Source of the DNA: Blastocladiella emersonii ATCC 22665
Taxonomy: Eukaryota; Fungi; Blastocladiomycota
NCBI GenBank assembly: GCA_025594325.1
Contig: JANHCV010000018.1
Coordinates: 62,001 to 126,000 of the forward strand
Direction: 5' to 3'
DNA length: 64,000 nucleotides
This document shows, in pieces, positions 1-12,737 of this stretch (within the stretch, counting starts at the first letter, position 1; each line of letters begins with the position of its first letter). A program made the position numbers and the translations under genes. The notes under the pieces are model-generated. The model made no database searches, was not told the origin of the DNA, and worked only from the letters and a program-made list of their open reading frames with translations.

Positions 1-1
1 C

Positions 2-250
2 AAGAAGGCGCGCAAGAACGAGCCGTTCCGCCGCGTCAAGGCTGAGGAGGTCGAGTTCCTCGACGACCGGCTGCGCGACAACACGTACAAGTCGCACGGC
101 TCGTTCGGCGACAAGGCGCACCGCGACCTCGTCGTGACGCGCGGCAAGTCGTTCCGCCAGGAGAAGAACAAGAAGAAGCGCGGCAGCTACCGCGGCGGCG
201 CCATCGACCTCGGCGTCAACTCGATCAAGTTCGGCAACGACTCCGACTAG
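2..250 (+). CDS. SRP40: SRP40/NOLC1 (Nopp140) nucleolar protein, C-terminal end; gene begins upstream of the window
   Basis: Frame from nt 2 reads KKARKNEPFRRVKAEEVEFLDDRLRDNTYKSHGSFGDKAHRDLVVTRGKSFRQEKNKKKRGSYRGGAIDLGVNSIKFGNDSD*, matching the SRP40_C signature (PFRR...DN...G KxFRxEKNKKKRGSYRGG...SIKF). Confidence 0.93.
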   Translation, partial: KKARKNEPFRRVKAEEVEFLDDRLRDNTYKSHGSFGDKAHRDLVVTRGKSFRQEKNKKKRGSYRGGAIDLGVNSIKFGNDSD

Positions 251-391
251 ATTCGCTCGCCGTGCCGCGTTCGCGCGGCCCAGGTCCCCGCTCGCGGCGG
301 GGTTTTGTATCTCTCTATATTCAATCTGTTTGCTAACCTGACCAAATAACATACAAAACAAGTTTATTAGCCCATCCTTGCCTTGGCCGTG

Positions 392-3300
392 TCACATTCC
401 GAACCCCGCCCCGTCGTACGCCGTGGACCGGAGCTCGCCGACATCGACAGGGACCGCGATCTCGCTCAGCCCGACACCGCCGCCGCCGAGCGGGCCGCCG
501 CCACCGATGCCAAACTGGCCCGCGGCCGGTCCCGCCCCCGCGCTGGTGCCCGCACTGCCGCCACCGGGGCTGCTCTTGGCCGCCTCGTAGTACCGGGCGA
601 TCTGGTGCGTGATGCCGCGGTAGTATTCGCCCTGGTGGATAAAGTCGGCGATGGTCGGCGCGGCCACGGGGGACGCCGGCTGCGATCCGGCGCCCCCTGG
701 CGTCGTCGGCGATGCAGCAGCCGCGGCAGCGGCGACGGCCGCCGTCTGGCCGAGCGTTGGCAGCGGCGTGGTCGGGATCCCGTGCACCTTACCGGCGTGG
801 CACACATGGAACGTGAAGTCGAGGGCGAGGAACACGTCGATCTGGCGTGTCCACGCGAGCAGGAGGACGGCGGCCCAGTGGACGCTGTCGCCGAACACCT
901 CGCGGCAGCTGTACCCCTTGGTGTAGCTGGACCCCGAGCAGAACGAGAACTGCAGGAAGCTCACCACGCGGTACAGCTCGCGTGACGTGTCGTAGGTCGT
1001 GCTCGGCGGCAGGCCCTCGGACCACACGGGCGCCAGCGACTGCACGATCGGTCGCAGGTGCAGGAGGAACATCTTGACGAGCGCCGGCGCTGCTGACGCC
1101 GACGCGTGCGCGCCGGGACCGGGGACGGCGCCGGGGGCGGCGGCGCTGGACGCGAGCGGCGGGAGGTGCAGGACCTGCGCCGCGTCGGTCGCGACGTCGC
1201 GCGTCTTGGTGCGGTGGAAGATGTTGAGGGTATCGCCGCTGGCCTACAAATGCCGTGCAAGGGTCAGCTCACCGAACCATACGCGGTAGCGGCGCCATGC
1301 TGCACGCGTACCATGGAGAGCTCGAGGAACCGGATACACAGGAACAGGTTGCCCATCTCGCGCAGGATCTGGAACACGGTCGTGAGGTCCTTGAACGTGA
1401 GCAGCGGCTTGAGGATCACCTGGAAGTACTCGAAGGTGCCCATCACGCCGTAGTCGAGCCCCGGCAGCTTGAGCGTCGCCGGGAACTCTTTGCTCAGCGC
1501 CCACAGGTACGGGCTGAGCCGGTCGCGGAGCTACGAGGCGCGGGCGCAGAGTGTCAGTCGAAGGCCATGAGCACGATGGCCACGCAGGACGTACGTGTGC
1601 CTCGAACGTCGCCGTGATGTCCGCAAAGACGAGCGCGACCCGCGGCCCCAGAAGCCGCGCCATGGAGTCAAAGTGGGCCTTGCCGACGAACAGCAGGTAC
1701 GGCGCGAGCTGGCTCGAGAAGGCAAGAAAGAGATGCTACCGCCGGCGTACGGGAGTCAGTCAGCTCAAAGTCCGACCATCGTTCTTCACTCCGACGCACC
1801 TTGCTCCCGTAAAGGTACTCGTGCTTATGCTGCCGCGTCGCCGCGCGGCCCGAGTTCTCGACCATGGGCATAGCGCACCGGACGAACCGGTTGGTGATGG
1901 CGTTGAACGAGAACTGGTACGCAAAGTCGCGCGCGATCTCGGCCGCCATGTGCGACAGGATGCGGCCGTGGCCGACGGTCGCCTCGTCGATCTCGGCAAG
2001 CATCACGTCAAACGCGTCGAGCGCGGGCAGGTGCGGGGCGAGCGCGTCGTGCGTGTGGTGCAGGATCGTCAGCAGGTGCTCGAGCTCAATCACGCCCGTG
2101 ATGTCCGACGACTCGAACCGCGACACGATCGCCTCGAGGGATTGCCGGAACGTCATGTTCATCATCTGGCCGAGCGCCTGGTTGAAGGGCACGTCGCGAC
2201 CGAGAATCTACGTTCCGCAAAAGTCAGACTTGTTGGCGGCCAACTGCGGCCGTGAAGTGTACCCGGATCGATTTGATGTGCGCGAGAACGAGCTCGTGCT
2301 GGTTGAACGGTCCCTCGAGTCCCGAGCTCTTCTCGAGCTTGACCTTGAACTGGGTCGCATAGTAGGCGGCGGCGGCGCGGCACTTGTACGCCTTGAACAC
2401 CTTGGCGCAGTACTTGTGGAGGAACAGGTCGAAGGCGAGGTTGGCCTCGGCCTCAATCTCGTCGTACAGGTACTGGACCTTGAGCTGGCGCAGGGCGCGC
2501 TGGGCCGCGTCGTCGTAGATGGCGAAGGGCACAAACAGCGCGTGGGTGAGGTCGGCGGCGGACGCGGACGCGTCGAGGAGCGTGTTGACGAGGATCCACG
2601 GGAGCGACGTCTCGATGGGGAACTGGATCTGCTTGGACAGCTCGAGGTAAAACTCCTTGTACCAGAGCTCCGAGAGGTCGCAGGCGCGGCGCACCGTGGC
2701 GGCGAGGTCGCGGACGAGCGTGACCCAGAACAGCTGGTTCTGCAGGCCCTGGAGCTCGATGATGTGCGCGTCCTTGAGGTCGTTTTCCTTCATAAACCCC
2801 GTGGGCTTGACGGCGGTGGCCTTGAGGATACGCTCGACGAGGCCGCGCGCCATGTACACCTGGGCGTCGGCCATGCTGGGCCCGACGAGCTCGGCGAGCG
2901 ACTTGAGCTGCGCGTTGGTCTGCGGCCTCTTCTTCTTGGCCGTGTACGCGACCATGTTGGTCAAGGCCATCTGCTGCATCGAGTTCATGAAGCACATGGT
3001 GTGCTTGGCCAGCGCCGGGCCGAGCTCGATCTCGGACCGCACCAGCTTGTCCTCGAGCTGCTTGGTCATGGCCAGCACCTCGACCACGGCGAACCGCTCC
3101 TCCTGCGAGTAATTGTACCGGATCGCCATCTCGTAGTTTAGCGCCGTCTCGGGGCAGTCCGGGTTGGCGCTTGGGTTGGTCGGGTGCGCGTACTTGAAAG
3201 CGTTCTAGAGAGAACCACGGTCAGCTGGTTGGTATGGAACAGGAGCGGGCATGAGGCGGTACCATCTGCAGAATGTGGCCCGCGAGGTCGTTGAGCAGCT

Positions 3301-4589
3301 GGATCCCCTCGGTGACGGTTTCAAACACCTCGCGGCACTGCGAGTCGATCATGCCATCGGCACCGGTGCGGCGGACGAGATCAATCGCGAGGGCGAGCTT
3401 GGCGAGGTAGTCCGAGTACTGCAGGCGGATCGCGGCCACGGGCAGGAGGTCGGGCCCGCCGGACTCGCCGTTGCTCGCGCCGCCCGGACTCGTCCCACCT
3501 CCAGTGGACCCCGAACCGCCGAGCTCCCACCGGTGGACGGTGCACTTGGTGAGGATCTGGGCGACCTCTACGGCGAGGTCGCCGTAGAGCGGGACGACGG
3601 GGACGGCGCGGAGCGCGCGGGTGACGCGGTCGAGCTTCCACTTCTTGGCGGCCATGGGCTTCGGGAGGAGGTACGGGTCGAGGAAGACCATGGCGTTAGC
3701 GACGGACTTGACGAGGACAAACTTTTCCTGCGGCGAGGCCCAGTGGCCGCGGTCGATGCGGTCGATGGCGGCGTGGGCGAGCTCCCACAGCAGGTCGTCC
3801 ATGCCCGGGATGGTCGGGACGGCGGCCTTGAGTTTGCCGTACAGCACGTCCTTGTTGGCGAGGAACAGGTACAGCATCTGGTTCTCTTTGTCGTCGCCCT
3901 GGGTCTTGGAGATGGACCGGGACCGGCGGAAGATGAGCGTGAAGTCATTGTTGAGCGAGGTCTTGACGTTCTTGAGCGCGTCGAGGACCAGCAGCATGTC
4001 GAGCGTCTCGCCGAGCGCCAGGAAAAAGTGCTCGGTCGGGGGCTGCCCCGCGGCGAGCGACTGCGCCGCCTCCTTGCATACGGCGACCACGTCGGCCGCC
4101 GCCGTGTCGTAGAACTCCATGAGCTGCTTCATCTTGACGACCTCGGGCTTGACAATCTCCTCGACGAGGCGGTAGAACTCGGTCTTGGCCTGCTCGTTGG
4201 CGCCGGGGCTGTTGGCAAACTGGGGCGGGGAGGACGGTCGTGAGCGGCACAGTTCCCAGGACGAGGCTGTCGAGACGCACCGTTGGCACCGCCTTGAAGC
4301 ACCCGCGGTACGCGTAGACGAGCGAGATGAACGTCTCGGCGCACGCGCGGACGCGGCCGAGCTCGGTGATCCACGCGGCCTCGCGCGAGAAGTAGCCGAC
4401 CTCGGCGACCGACGAGCACAGCGGGAGATCGAGCAGCGCGAGCGACGGCCGCTCGACAAAGACGGTCTTGCCCGTGCTCGTCGACACGCGGGTCCCGCAC
4501 GGCAGCTCGCGGTGGACCAGCGCCGTCGCGGCCGCGGTGCCCGCACTCAGCAGCCCGCCGGGCGCGCCAGTGGTAGAGGTTGATGCCAT
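392..4589 (-). CDS. CYFIP: CYFIP/Sra1/PIR121, WAVE regulatory complex subunit, multi-exon
   Basis: Exon ORFs 3945-4589, 3221-4546, 2224-3129, 1668-2192 and 392-1072 carry CYFIP motifs: LGETLDMLLVLDALKNVKTSLNNDF, VVPLYGDL, RYNYSQEERFAVVEVLAMTK, DLSELWYKEFYLELSKQIQFPIETSLPWIL, IYDDAAQRALRQLKVQYLYDEIEAEANLAFD, KLPGLDYGVMG, YRVVSFLQF, VFGDSVHWA. Example intron: 4220-4280. Confidence 0.95.
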
Positions 4590-5587
4590 GGCAGCAGGTG
4601 GACAGTTACATGTGGATCGGCGTTGAGAGCGGGAGGACGGGCGGCGTGAGGGAAGGGGGCGCGGCGCGTCGCGCAGCGCGTCGCGTCGTCCGCGACTCGA
4701 AGCGCTCCGCCCGCCAGCGCTGCCAGCCTGCTTCCTGCACGTTGTCTACGAATCAATCGCCCACTCTAGTCGCTGCAAGCTAATCCAATCCTGACCGTCG
4801 TCATGCCGAGCGCCACCGCCTTAACGCGTCATACCGTCGCGAAAGGAGAAGTCTGACCCCGGCGACCCCAACGCCGCGGCCCGTAGTGGCGCCCTGCAGA
4901 CATCGCCTCGGCCGCACCCGCCCGTGTTGCGCGACCGCGCTGGTGGCTCGACCGCCTCTCGGCTTCGCTCTCGACGCGTCCTCGCCCGGCCACTTGCGCC
5001 GCCCGACCAGTCCGCCCAGCGCGACTTGGAGTCCATTATTCCCGCCATGCCCGTCAAGCGCGCGCTCGCCAGGACTAGCGCGCCCCTCGGCCAAGTCTCG
5101 TTCGGCCGCGCACGGCACCGAGGGAGCTTCTCGTGGCACCCGCCTCGCACCCACTCGCACGACCGCCTGCTCGACTCTGTGCAAGCTTCTTCCCGCTAAT
5201 CCTATGCTGACGGCACCCATTTTACCTTTCGACTGCGCCGACCTTGCAACGCACTCGCACTCGCACTCGCACTCGCGCCAACGCTTCCATACGGTCAAGA
5301 TCGCGCGCCCAAGCTGACACCGGAGCAGAACAGGACCCATTGCCCCGCGCGTGAATCGCGACTGCCGTTTCCTGGACTGCCGTTAACTCGGCTCCTCGGG
5401 CTCGTTGACCAAGTAGCAGCGCGCCGCTTCGCCAACATCGCCCGATCTGGCCGATGAAGTCCATGCCCTTGACCATCGCCCCGCTGCTGATCTCGCGTCG
5501 CTCGCTGAGATACGTGCCGCGGACGGGTGCACCACAACGGACTGCGAGATACTCCGCGCCGTCGCTCTCGTGTAACCCCGCCTGCAG

Positions 5588-6203
5588 CCGCGACAGCAAC
5601 ATGGGCCTCATGTTCGTCAAGCCCGGCTCGCAGGACCCCATCATGGTCACCTTCATTGCCGACGACAACAAGACCCGGATCGGCATTGCCCAGGTTCGCA
5701 CGTACGTGCCACCCCCAGCGTCAGCTTGTCAGACGGGCTCCGGCTCACGCTTCCCCTCTCCGTAGCTTCGTCGAGCAGCTCGCCGCCAGTGACATCTCGC
5801 GCGGTATCGTCGTGCACAAGCAGCCCCTCGGCCCGCAGGCCCGCGGCATCATCAACGTCGCCGCCAACGACCGCTACCGCCTCGAGGCCTTTGAGGAGGC
5901 CGAGCTCGTCGTCAACATCACCAAGCACGTGCTGGTCCCCAAGCACGAGGTGCTCACCGACGAGGAGAAGAAGGTCCTGCTCACTCGCTAGTACGTTTTC
6001 GCTTTCTCGAGATTCTTCGCCGAGGCGCACACTCACCCTACTCGACCTCGCCGTGTAGCCGCCTCAAGGAGACGCAGCTGCCGCGCATCCCCGTCAGCGA
6101 CCCCGTCGCCCGCTACCTCGGCCTGCGCCGCGGCGAGGTGGTCAAGATCATCCGTACCTCGGAGACGGCCGGTCGCTACGTCACGTACCGCCTCTGCTTT
6201 TAG
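5588..6203 (+). CDS. RPB5: RNA polymerase I/II/III common subunit RPB5; 5' exons not resolved
   Basis: Three exons (about 5588-5698, 5767-5989, 6059-6203) splice to ...[84 protein letters not shown], the RPB5 C-terminal domain. Confidence 0.95.
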
Positions 6204-6316
6204 GAAACACGGGTCCACGTTGTATATATATGCTTTTAGTCAAGCATATCGTATGCCAGTGCGATTCGTGTATTGAGCGCACCGTGCGTAGCGGGCTAGG
6301 TAGGCATCAGGAACAT

Positions 6317-7390
6317 TTACGGGTTCAAATCTGAGCCACCGACCCCGCCGCCGAGCTCTCGCACGCGCTCCGCGACCATGCCGAGCACCTCCTCGTGCAT
6401 GGGCGTGGGCACGCCGACCTCGCGGCCCCACCGCACCACCGTCCCGTTGATGAACGCCAGCTCGTCGGGGCTGCGCCGGTGCGTCCACACGTCGGCGTGC
6501 GTCGAGCTCCAGTTGCTCGCCGTGGTCGCACACACCTCGTCGACGAGCGCCATGATCGAGTCGCCCGAGGTGAGTGTAGGCGGGAGCAAGCCGCCCGCAA
6601 ACTCGGACGGGAACCGTGCCGCACGGGCGACGAACACGGCGGCCGTTTCGGCGGCGAGCTCGGCGACCACCTTGCGCCACGCCGGGATCGTCACGACCGC
6701 ACCGTTCCGCACGTCGGCCGCCGCCGTCGCCGCATTGATGCTCGCGTTCACGGCGAGCTTGGTGAGCAGCAGGCTTTGCATCGACGCCGCGCCTTCGGTC
6801 CCGCCCGGGTACGCCGTGGCATCGGGAAGGTCGCCGAGCACGTCGAGGAGCGCGGCGGCTTGTGGCGTCAGCGGTTCTGCGGAAGCGGGTCCAAAGTGCC
6901 ATGCGCCACTGCCGGCGTGAACAATGTGTCGCCATGCACTCACGGCCGACGACGACGTGTCGCGGAAGCAGCCGTGCGTCGTGGACCCGAGCAAGATGGG
7001 GAGCTCGCCCAAAACACTCGGAGACGTCTCGTCGATGAGTGGGATGTGCCGCCCGTAGCCGTTCTGGATCAGTGCGAGCGCCGTGTGGCCCGGCACGTAG
7101 GCGCTGCCGAGCGACTTGAGGGCTGATGTGAGCTGGTGCGCCTTGGTGGCGACGATGACGGCGTCGAGCGGGTCTGCTGGGGGAAGCTCGGCCGCCGTCG
7201 TTACATTCACGGGCAGCGACGTTGTCGGTGCGTCGGGTGCAACTCCATGCTGGACCACAAGCTTCGGCGGCTGGATGGACGAGGAAGTAGTGCGCTCGAG
7301 AAAGGTAACGGCGGTCCCGCGGGCGAGAAGCTGCGAGCCCAGCAGACAGCCAATGTTCCCGGCGCCGATGATGTGTAGCCTGCTCAGCAT
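6317..7390 (-). CDS. PAN5: 2-dehydropantoate 2-reductase (ketopantoate reductase, PanE/ApbA/PAN5 family)
   Basis: 357-aa single-exon ORF with the Rossmann motif [35 protein letters not shown] and ELAFING. Confidence 0.9.
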   Translation of the reverse strand: MLSRLHIIGAGNIGCLLGSQLLARGTAVTFLERTTSSSIQPPKLVVQHGVAPDAPTTSLPVNVTTAAELPPADPLDAVIVATKAHQLTSALKSLGSAYVPGHTALALIQNGYGRHIPLIDETSPSVLGELPILLGSTTHGCFRDTSSSAVSAWRHIVHAGSGAWHFGPASAEPLTPQAAALLDVLGDLPDATAYPGGTEGAASMQSLLLTKLAVNASINAATAAADVRNGAVVTIPAWRKVVAELAAETAAVFVARAARFPSEFAGGLLPPTLTSGDSIMALVDEVCATTASNWSSTHADVWTHRRSPDELAFINGTVVRWGREVGVPTPMHEEVLGMVAERVRELGGGVGGSDLNP

Positions 7391-9600
7391 AGTTTCGGCA
7401 AGAAGTTCTCAAGTTACATGGGATACGTGTTGTGAGGGCAGGGAGAGGGGATCAACGGCGGCCTCGCTCGAGCCTTGACGGCGAAGCGGACGTCGGCCAT
7501 CACGCGAGTGGCGGAGCACGTCTTCACTTCACCTCGACTGATACGCCGATCCGCTCTCTCTCCCAACGCACCCATAGCAATGCTATGAATCGCAAGGGCA
7601 ACCTGCCGCTACTTGATGCAAACTACCCGGTCTTTGTATTTGTTCACCGTGGATCAAGTTTGGAGAGGAAGCCATGCCCGTTCAGTGGACGCTGATCCGC
7701 TCGGTTCGATGTCGGAAACCAGCAGCAGGCTGCTGCACCTTACCAATCGGACGACCTTGTATCGCGTCATGGATGATCGCCCACGTATAGTGTTTCGGTT
7801 GACGCTCGGGCAAGTTAGGGCAGGCAAGTCACGGCAGGCATTTACACCTGTGCAGGAACTCCTAGTCTTCTCGCCCGATGTCTAGCTGCCGATACCGTGT
7901 TTGAGGATCCTTTGTGTTTGAAGTAGCTTCTTGGTTCTCAGTTGCCGGCTCTTGATCACAACCCTCTCGGCGACGACTGCACTGGCCTACTCGAGAGTCC
8001 GTGAGGATATTGAGTGACCGCAGCTACTCGATCCGCAGCGAGCAAGTCATCGCATTCCGGGCGATGGCGCGGCGGACCATGCTTCGTCCCTCGTGCCCCA
8101 ATTACAAGCAACGAGGGTCGTCCCCACCTCCTCCGCACCGCGAACCGGTCATCATTGGTAGTTAGTCTCCTGCCACTTATGCTCAGCGCCTTCGTGGCCA
8201 GTGTGGCGACTCGCCGCAGCTGTCGACCGTCGGCTGCGGAGCGCGAAGCGAGGAAAGCTCATTCGCTATACGTTCGGCGAAACTGGCGGAACTGACGCTC
8301 AAACATCCTCGGGAGCTCGTCCCTGTCGCGGTTTCTTGCTTTGAGGGAGTCGTGATCGACGCGCGCTCATTCCTCATTTAAACCGGTCACCACTGCCGAC
8401 CGATTCCGTCCAAGGGAAGCCGGTAGCTGCTCTGATGCCGGGCTGACAGGTTGGCCTTCGATACGCGTCGGTCTTGCGCACGTGATTGAGCAACGCGTCC
8501 CTCGCGTTGCTGTTTGTCCCTCGAAGCGCGATCTCCATCGCGGGAGACGCGTCCTCCAGGAGAAGCCCTGAGAGCAGGCACAGCGCCTCGGACGCACATC
8601 CCGGCGATGGGGACCACCGTGAGTGCAATGCGACGCGCGCGCCTCGACGACCTTCGCGCTCTCCCTCTTCCTCTCACGGCTGCCAGAATCGACTGTCTGA
8701 TCATTACGCTACGCAGAGCATATGAAGTCCTATAACGATGTCATGAGTGGTGAATGGCTGCCCGCCGAGAAGTCCTATCAGGTCACTCGCTGGCCACGGA
8801 GCGCGAAAACTCAAGCTGCTGGGCTCCGTCGCGTCGTGGGCAACAACGGGCTCGAGCAACTCCCGTGCTGGCCAGGGCAGCGACAACACCCGCTTCGGAG
8901 AGAGTCAAGTTTCATGGACCTTGTTTGAACTGGCCAGGATGCCCTCGCAGGCTCCTGACTTGACCGAACCCTGTTGTCATGGCCTGAGACACGGGCAACC
9001 ACCGCCCGCCGTGCCGCTTGGACCTTGCCGTATGCTTCTCTGAACACGACCTCCTCACGCCGACTGCAACCCCGGATGGCCTCGGGTGGCCCTTATCAGC
9101 GCGTCGCGAAAAAGGCGTGGGCCGAAACCCGCTCGGACGCAGCTGGAGGGGAGGAACAGCAGCGGAGCGAGGGACCGCCAGCAGCTCCGCGCGGGCCCGA
9201 GGTGGCGTCGGAAAATTCCGGGTAAGCGCGTGGCGCAACGCGTCTCCCGAATTACACGCGACATCAGGTGATTTGCCGCAGCGTCTCGCAGCGCGTCTCG
9301 CACCGCGCGCGGGACGCGTTCCGGTTCGCGGCACCTCACCCGCTCGCTTGCCGCCGCCAAGGCCGCGCCTTGCTTGTTGCAATGCAGTTGCTGGCGCCGC
9401 ACCACACGCGTCGCGGACACTAAGGTGCCCGCCGCCCGGCCTCCCCTCCCCTCCCCTCCCTCCCCTCCCTCCCGCTCTGCCCCGGCCGGTGCTCGCTTTC
9501 TTCGCCGCTGCACCGCTTCGCAAGGCACCTCAACGCGTTTGATTGCGAATACGAATCGAACGATATCCCTGCCCGAAACCCCCCAAACCCGACCATCGCC

Positions 9601-12180
9601 ATGAACGCCTTCCAGCGCTTCATCGCGGTACTCTTCGCCGCCCTGTGCATGGCCGCCGGCGCCACGGCCCTGCTCGCCGCCGTCCGCGCGCTCTTCGCCG
9701 GCAACACGGCCGCCGCCGCCGTGACCATCGCGGCTACGGCCGCCACGTTCGTCGTCGACATGGCCACCAACGTCACGTCGGTTGCGACCTCGGCTGCCGT
9801 CTCGGCCTACTCGGCCATCCCCGTCCCCGTCGCCCTCGTGCCCGCTGCTGCTGCTGCTTCCGCCGAGACTACGGCGGTGGCCGTCGCGACCAAGCTCGCC
9901 GTCCCGACCCTCGCCCAGCTCGCGCCGTTTGTCGCGATGCGTACGTTTCTCTATCCCCTCTACCCGAAGCCTCGACACCCGAGTCCTGGCCCGCCGCGTC
10001 GCCTGCCGCCAAGCTCGGGCGCGGCGGTGGTGCTGCCGCGACGCGTCGCGACGCGTCGGGCGGGAGACACGGCGTCTCGACGCGACCGCTCGCCCCCATC
10101 GTCCCCACATCCACGAACTCGACACTGATACCATCCGTTCGCCTCGTAGACTTTGTCGGGATCGAGTACATTGGCGCGTACGGCGCGCTTCTCCTCGCCA
10201 AGGCGACGAGCATCCTCGGCGGCCGCCCGCAGTCCTCGCTGCTCGCGCTCCCGGCTCCGCCGGCGGCCATCGAGGCCAAGTCGGCGACCGCCGACATCTC
10301 GATTGGCAAGTGGTGGCAGGACACCACCGTCCACTACTCGGCGTTCAACTCGACGGACGCGACCCGCCCGATCTCGAGCCGCCGTGACTTGAGCTCCGCC
10401 TTCGGCTCGTTCGTCACCCGCAAGACCCGCTACCCGGCGCTCAAGGCCCACGTCCATCTCGGCTTCGGCGAGATCGCCAAGCCCTTCCTCGTGTCCAACG
10501 TCACGATTGAGGCCAAGCCCGCCGTCTCCGGTGCTCGCCAGATTCAGGCGCTGCCCACGGCCGTTGCTGCCCATCACGTGGAGCAGCAACTCGCGTTCCC
10601 GACCATGCCCATCTGCAAGTCGGCGGCCACGACCACAACCTCGTTCACGTCGGCCATGATCTCTCGCGCCACCCACGCGGCCAGCTCGCTCATCGTGTCG
10701 GGCCCACTCATCGACATCCCCGTCGCCCGCCGCCACTCGCACACCCAGCCCAAGATCTACGCCGACGCGTTCACGCTGATCGGCTCCCACGCCCGCGAGC
10801 TCGAGCTCGAGCTCGCGACCCACGCGCTCGCCGTCCCCGAGCCGCTACGGGTCAAGGTCCCCTCCAACATCCCCCAGAAGGTGACGATCTCGGCCGCGCC
10901 CGTGTGCAAGTTCACGTCGGCGACCCCGCTCGGGACCATCCCGACCTGCCGTGCCGCCCACTCGGCTCGCTCGCTCATCGTCGCCGGCCCGCTCATCGAC
11001 GCCCAGGTCGACGTCGTCCAGTACTACCCGTCCGCAGCGGCTTTCTACCACGACGCTGCCGCGAGCTTTCTCGCGAACGAGTTCTTCCAGCGCAACGTCG
11101 AGTCGCCCGTATCCAATGTGGCTGAGATGCAGCTCGCGTTCCCCGTCGTCGCCAAGCAGCAGCCGGCCACGATCCTGACCGCGCCCATCTGCAAGTCCGA
11201 GGTCTACACGCCGCTCGTCATCTCCACCTCGACGTGCCGGGCGAGCCACGCGGCCCGCTCGATCATGGTCGTGTCCGCCTCGGCCATGGTTACCGACGTC
11301 GAAAGGTACCCGGGCGACGCGCAGCTCGGTCTCATTATCGCCCTGTGCCTCGTCTTCCTGCTCGATCGCCTCCTCCGCTTCCTGGCGCCCCGCAACCAGC
11401 CGTCGACGGCCGTCTACCGCAAGATTGACCGCATGACCAAGGGTACGTGGTCCCAACCGATCTCTCCTCTGAGCCGGTTCACTGACCTGCTGCGCCCGTG
11501 TAGACGCGATCCGCGCGCTCAACCTGACGCCGGACCCGTGGGGCCAGATCAAGCACTTTGCCGACGTATTCGTGCCGAGCCCTGCGCGCTCGGCCTTTGA
11601 CTTTGCCGGCCCGCGCCGCGGCCTCGACATCCTGGACCGCGCCAGTCTCGCCAGCCCCGCAGCCGTGTACTACGCCGACTTTTTCGACGGCGCCTCGGTC
11701 CTGGCCATCAGCGGATACGTCTACCGCGCGGGCGCAAGCAGCTCCCTGGCCATCTCGTCGCCGTCCCGGCACGCTGCCGACATCCACATCATCGACTCGG
11801 GCTCGAGCTCGCCGGCCGCCGTCTGCCCTCACACCCCGATCCGCTCATCCTCATCGTCGGCTTCAGTTTTCGGCTCGGCGTGCAGCACGCCGTTCCCGAC
11901 GCCGCGTAACCTCAACTCGGTGACGCCGACGCGCTCTTCCAACGGCGCCAAGACCCCGTCGGCCGCCGCGTGCGAGCGCTTCAACGCTTTCATGATGGAC
12001 CAGGTCACCCCGTGCAAGACGCCGATCCGCCGCGCGTTCCGCGTCCTCGCCGACGGCCGCCGCGTGTACCAGCGCGTCGCCTTCACGGCCATCCTGCCGC
12101 CCCGCAACCAGTCGCCCATCGCCGACTCGGAGCGCGGTCGCAAGCCGGCCCGCGGCCGCCGTCCGGCTGCCCGCTGCTGA
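9601..12180 (+). CDS. Orphan membrane-anchored protein, about 770 aa, 3 exons, with three internal repeats
   Basis: Exons 9601-9940, 10150-11442 and 11504-12180 join in frame through GT..AG introns (both phase 1). Strong C/G third-position bias, hydrophobic N-terminus and a TM segment LGLIIALCLVFLLDRLLRFLA. No family recognised. Confidence 0.7.
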
Positions 12181-12737
12181 GCGACAACTTCCTCGTTTGA
12201 CATTTATTTCACGTACTCGACTCGCGCCGGTACGCTGCCAGTGGCTGACTACTCTCAGAGGAGACGCTTCAACTCACGAACACTTTGTCCTCGACTCCAG
12301 ATTTCGGCCCGCTGTCTCCTTTGTCGTTCACGTTCATCATCATCACCACCACATCCGCGAAACTACAAAACCAACAACTTCAACCGCTCGCAGCTCCGCG
12401 CTGCCGCACCTGGCCTCGTGCTGCGGGCCATCACGGCCACGCCGCGTGCTGGGCGTCGCCTACGATTTCAGTCCATGGTCACGCTGCCCTCGGGCTGATC
12501 GAGCTCGCCGTCTCGATCGTGTCGTACCTGCGCTGCGTCGTACGAGTACGGCCTAGCCCGACGTTGACGCGCGCGCATACGCCGCGTCGCATCTCGTCTA
12601 CGTGCGCCGCTGTTCCGGCGTGCAGTCTCCGTCGCCGCTCGCCATGATCCAGCCCGAGCCGCCGACTCGCAGGCCATGTACGGCCTCGCTCAAGCGCCCG
12701 TGCGCGCATGTCCTCGGCCGGCCAGTACGACTCGACG

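Noticed and set aside
5251-5276. Microsatellites such as (CACTCG)n here, (ACACGT)n near 30550, (TCGAC)n near 33515 and (GAACT)n near 35585
   Set aside because: Ordinary simple repeats; none matches a telomeric array.
7400-9100. AT-richer interval with short ORFs (7613-7885, 8722-8928)
   Set aside because: No recognisable motif or consistent exon structure. It may hold decayed sequence, but I cannot support a call.
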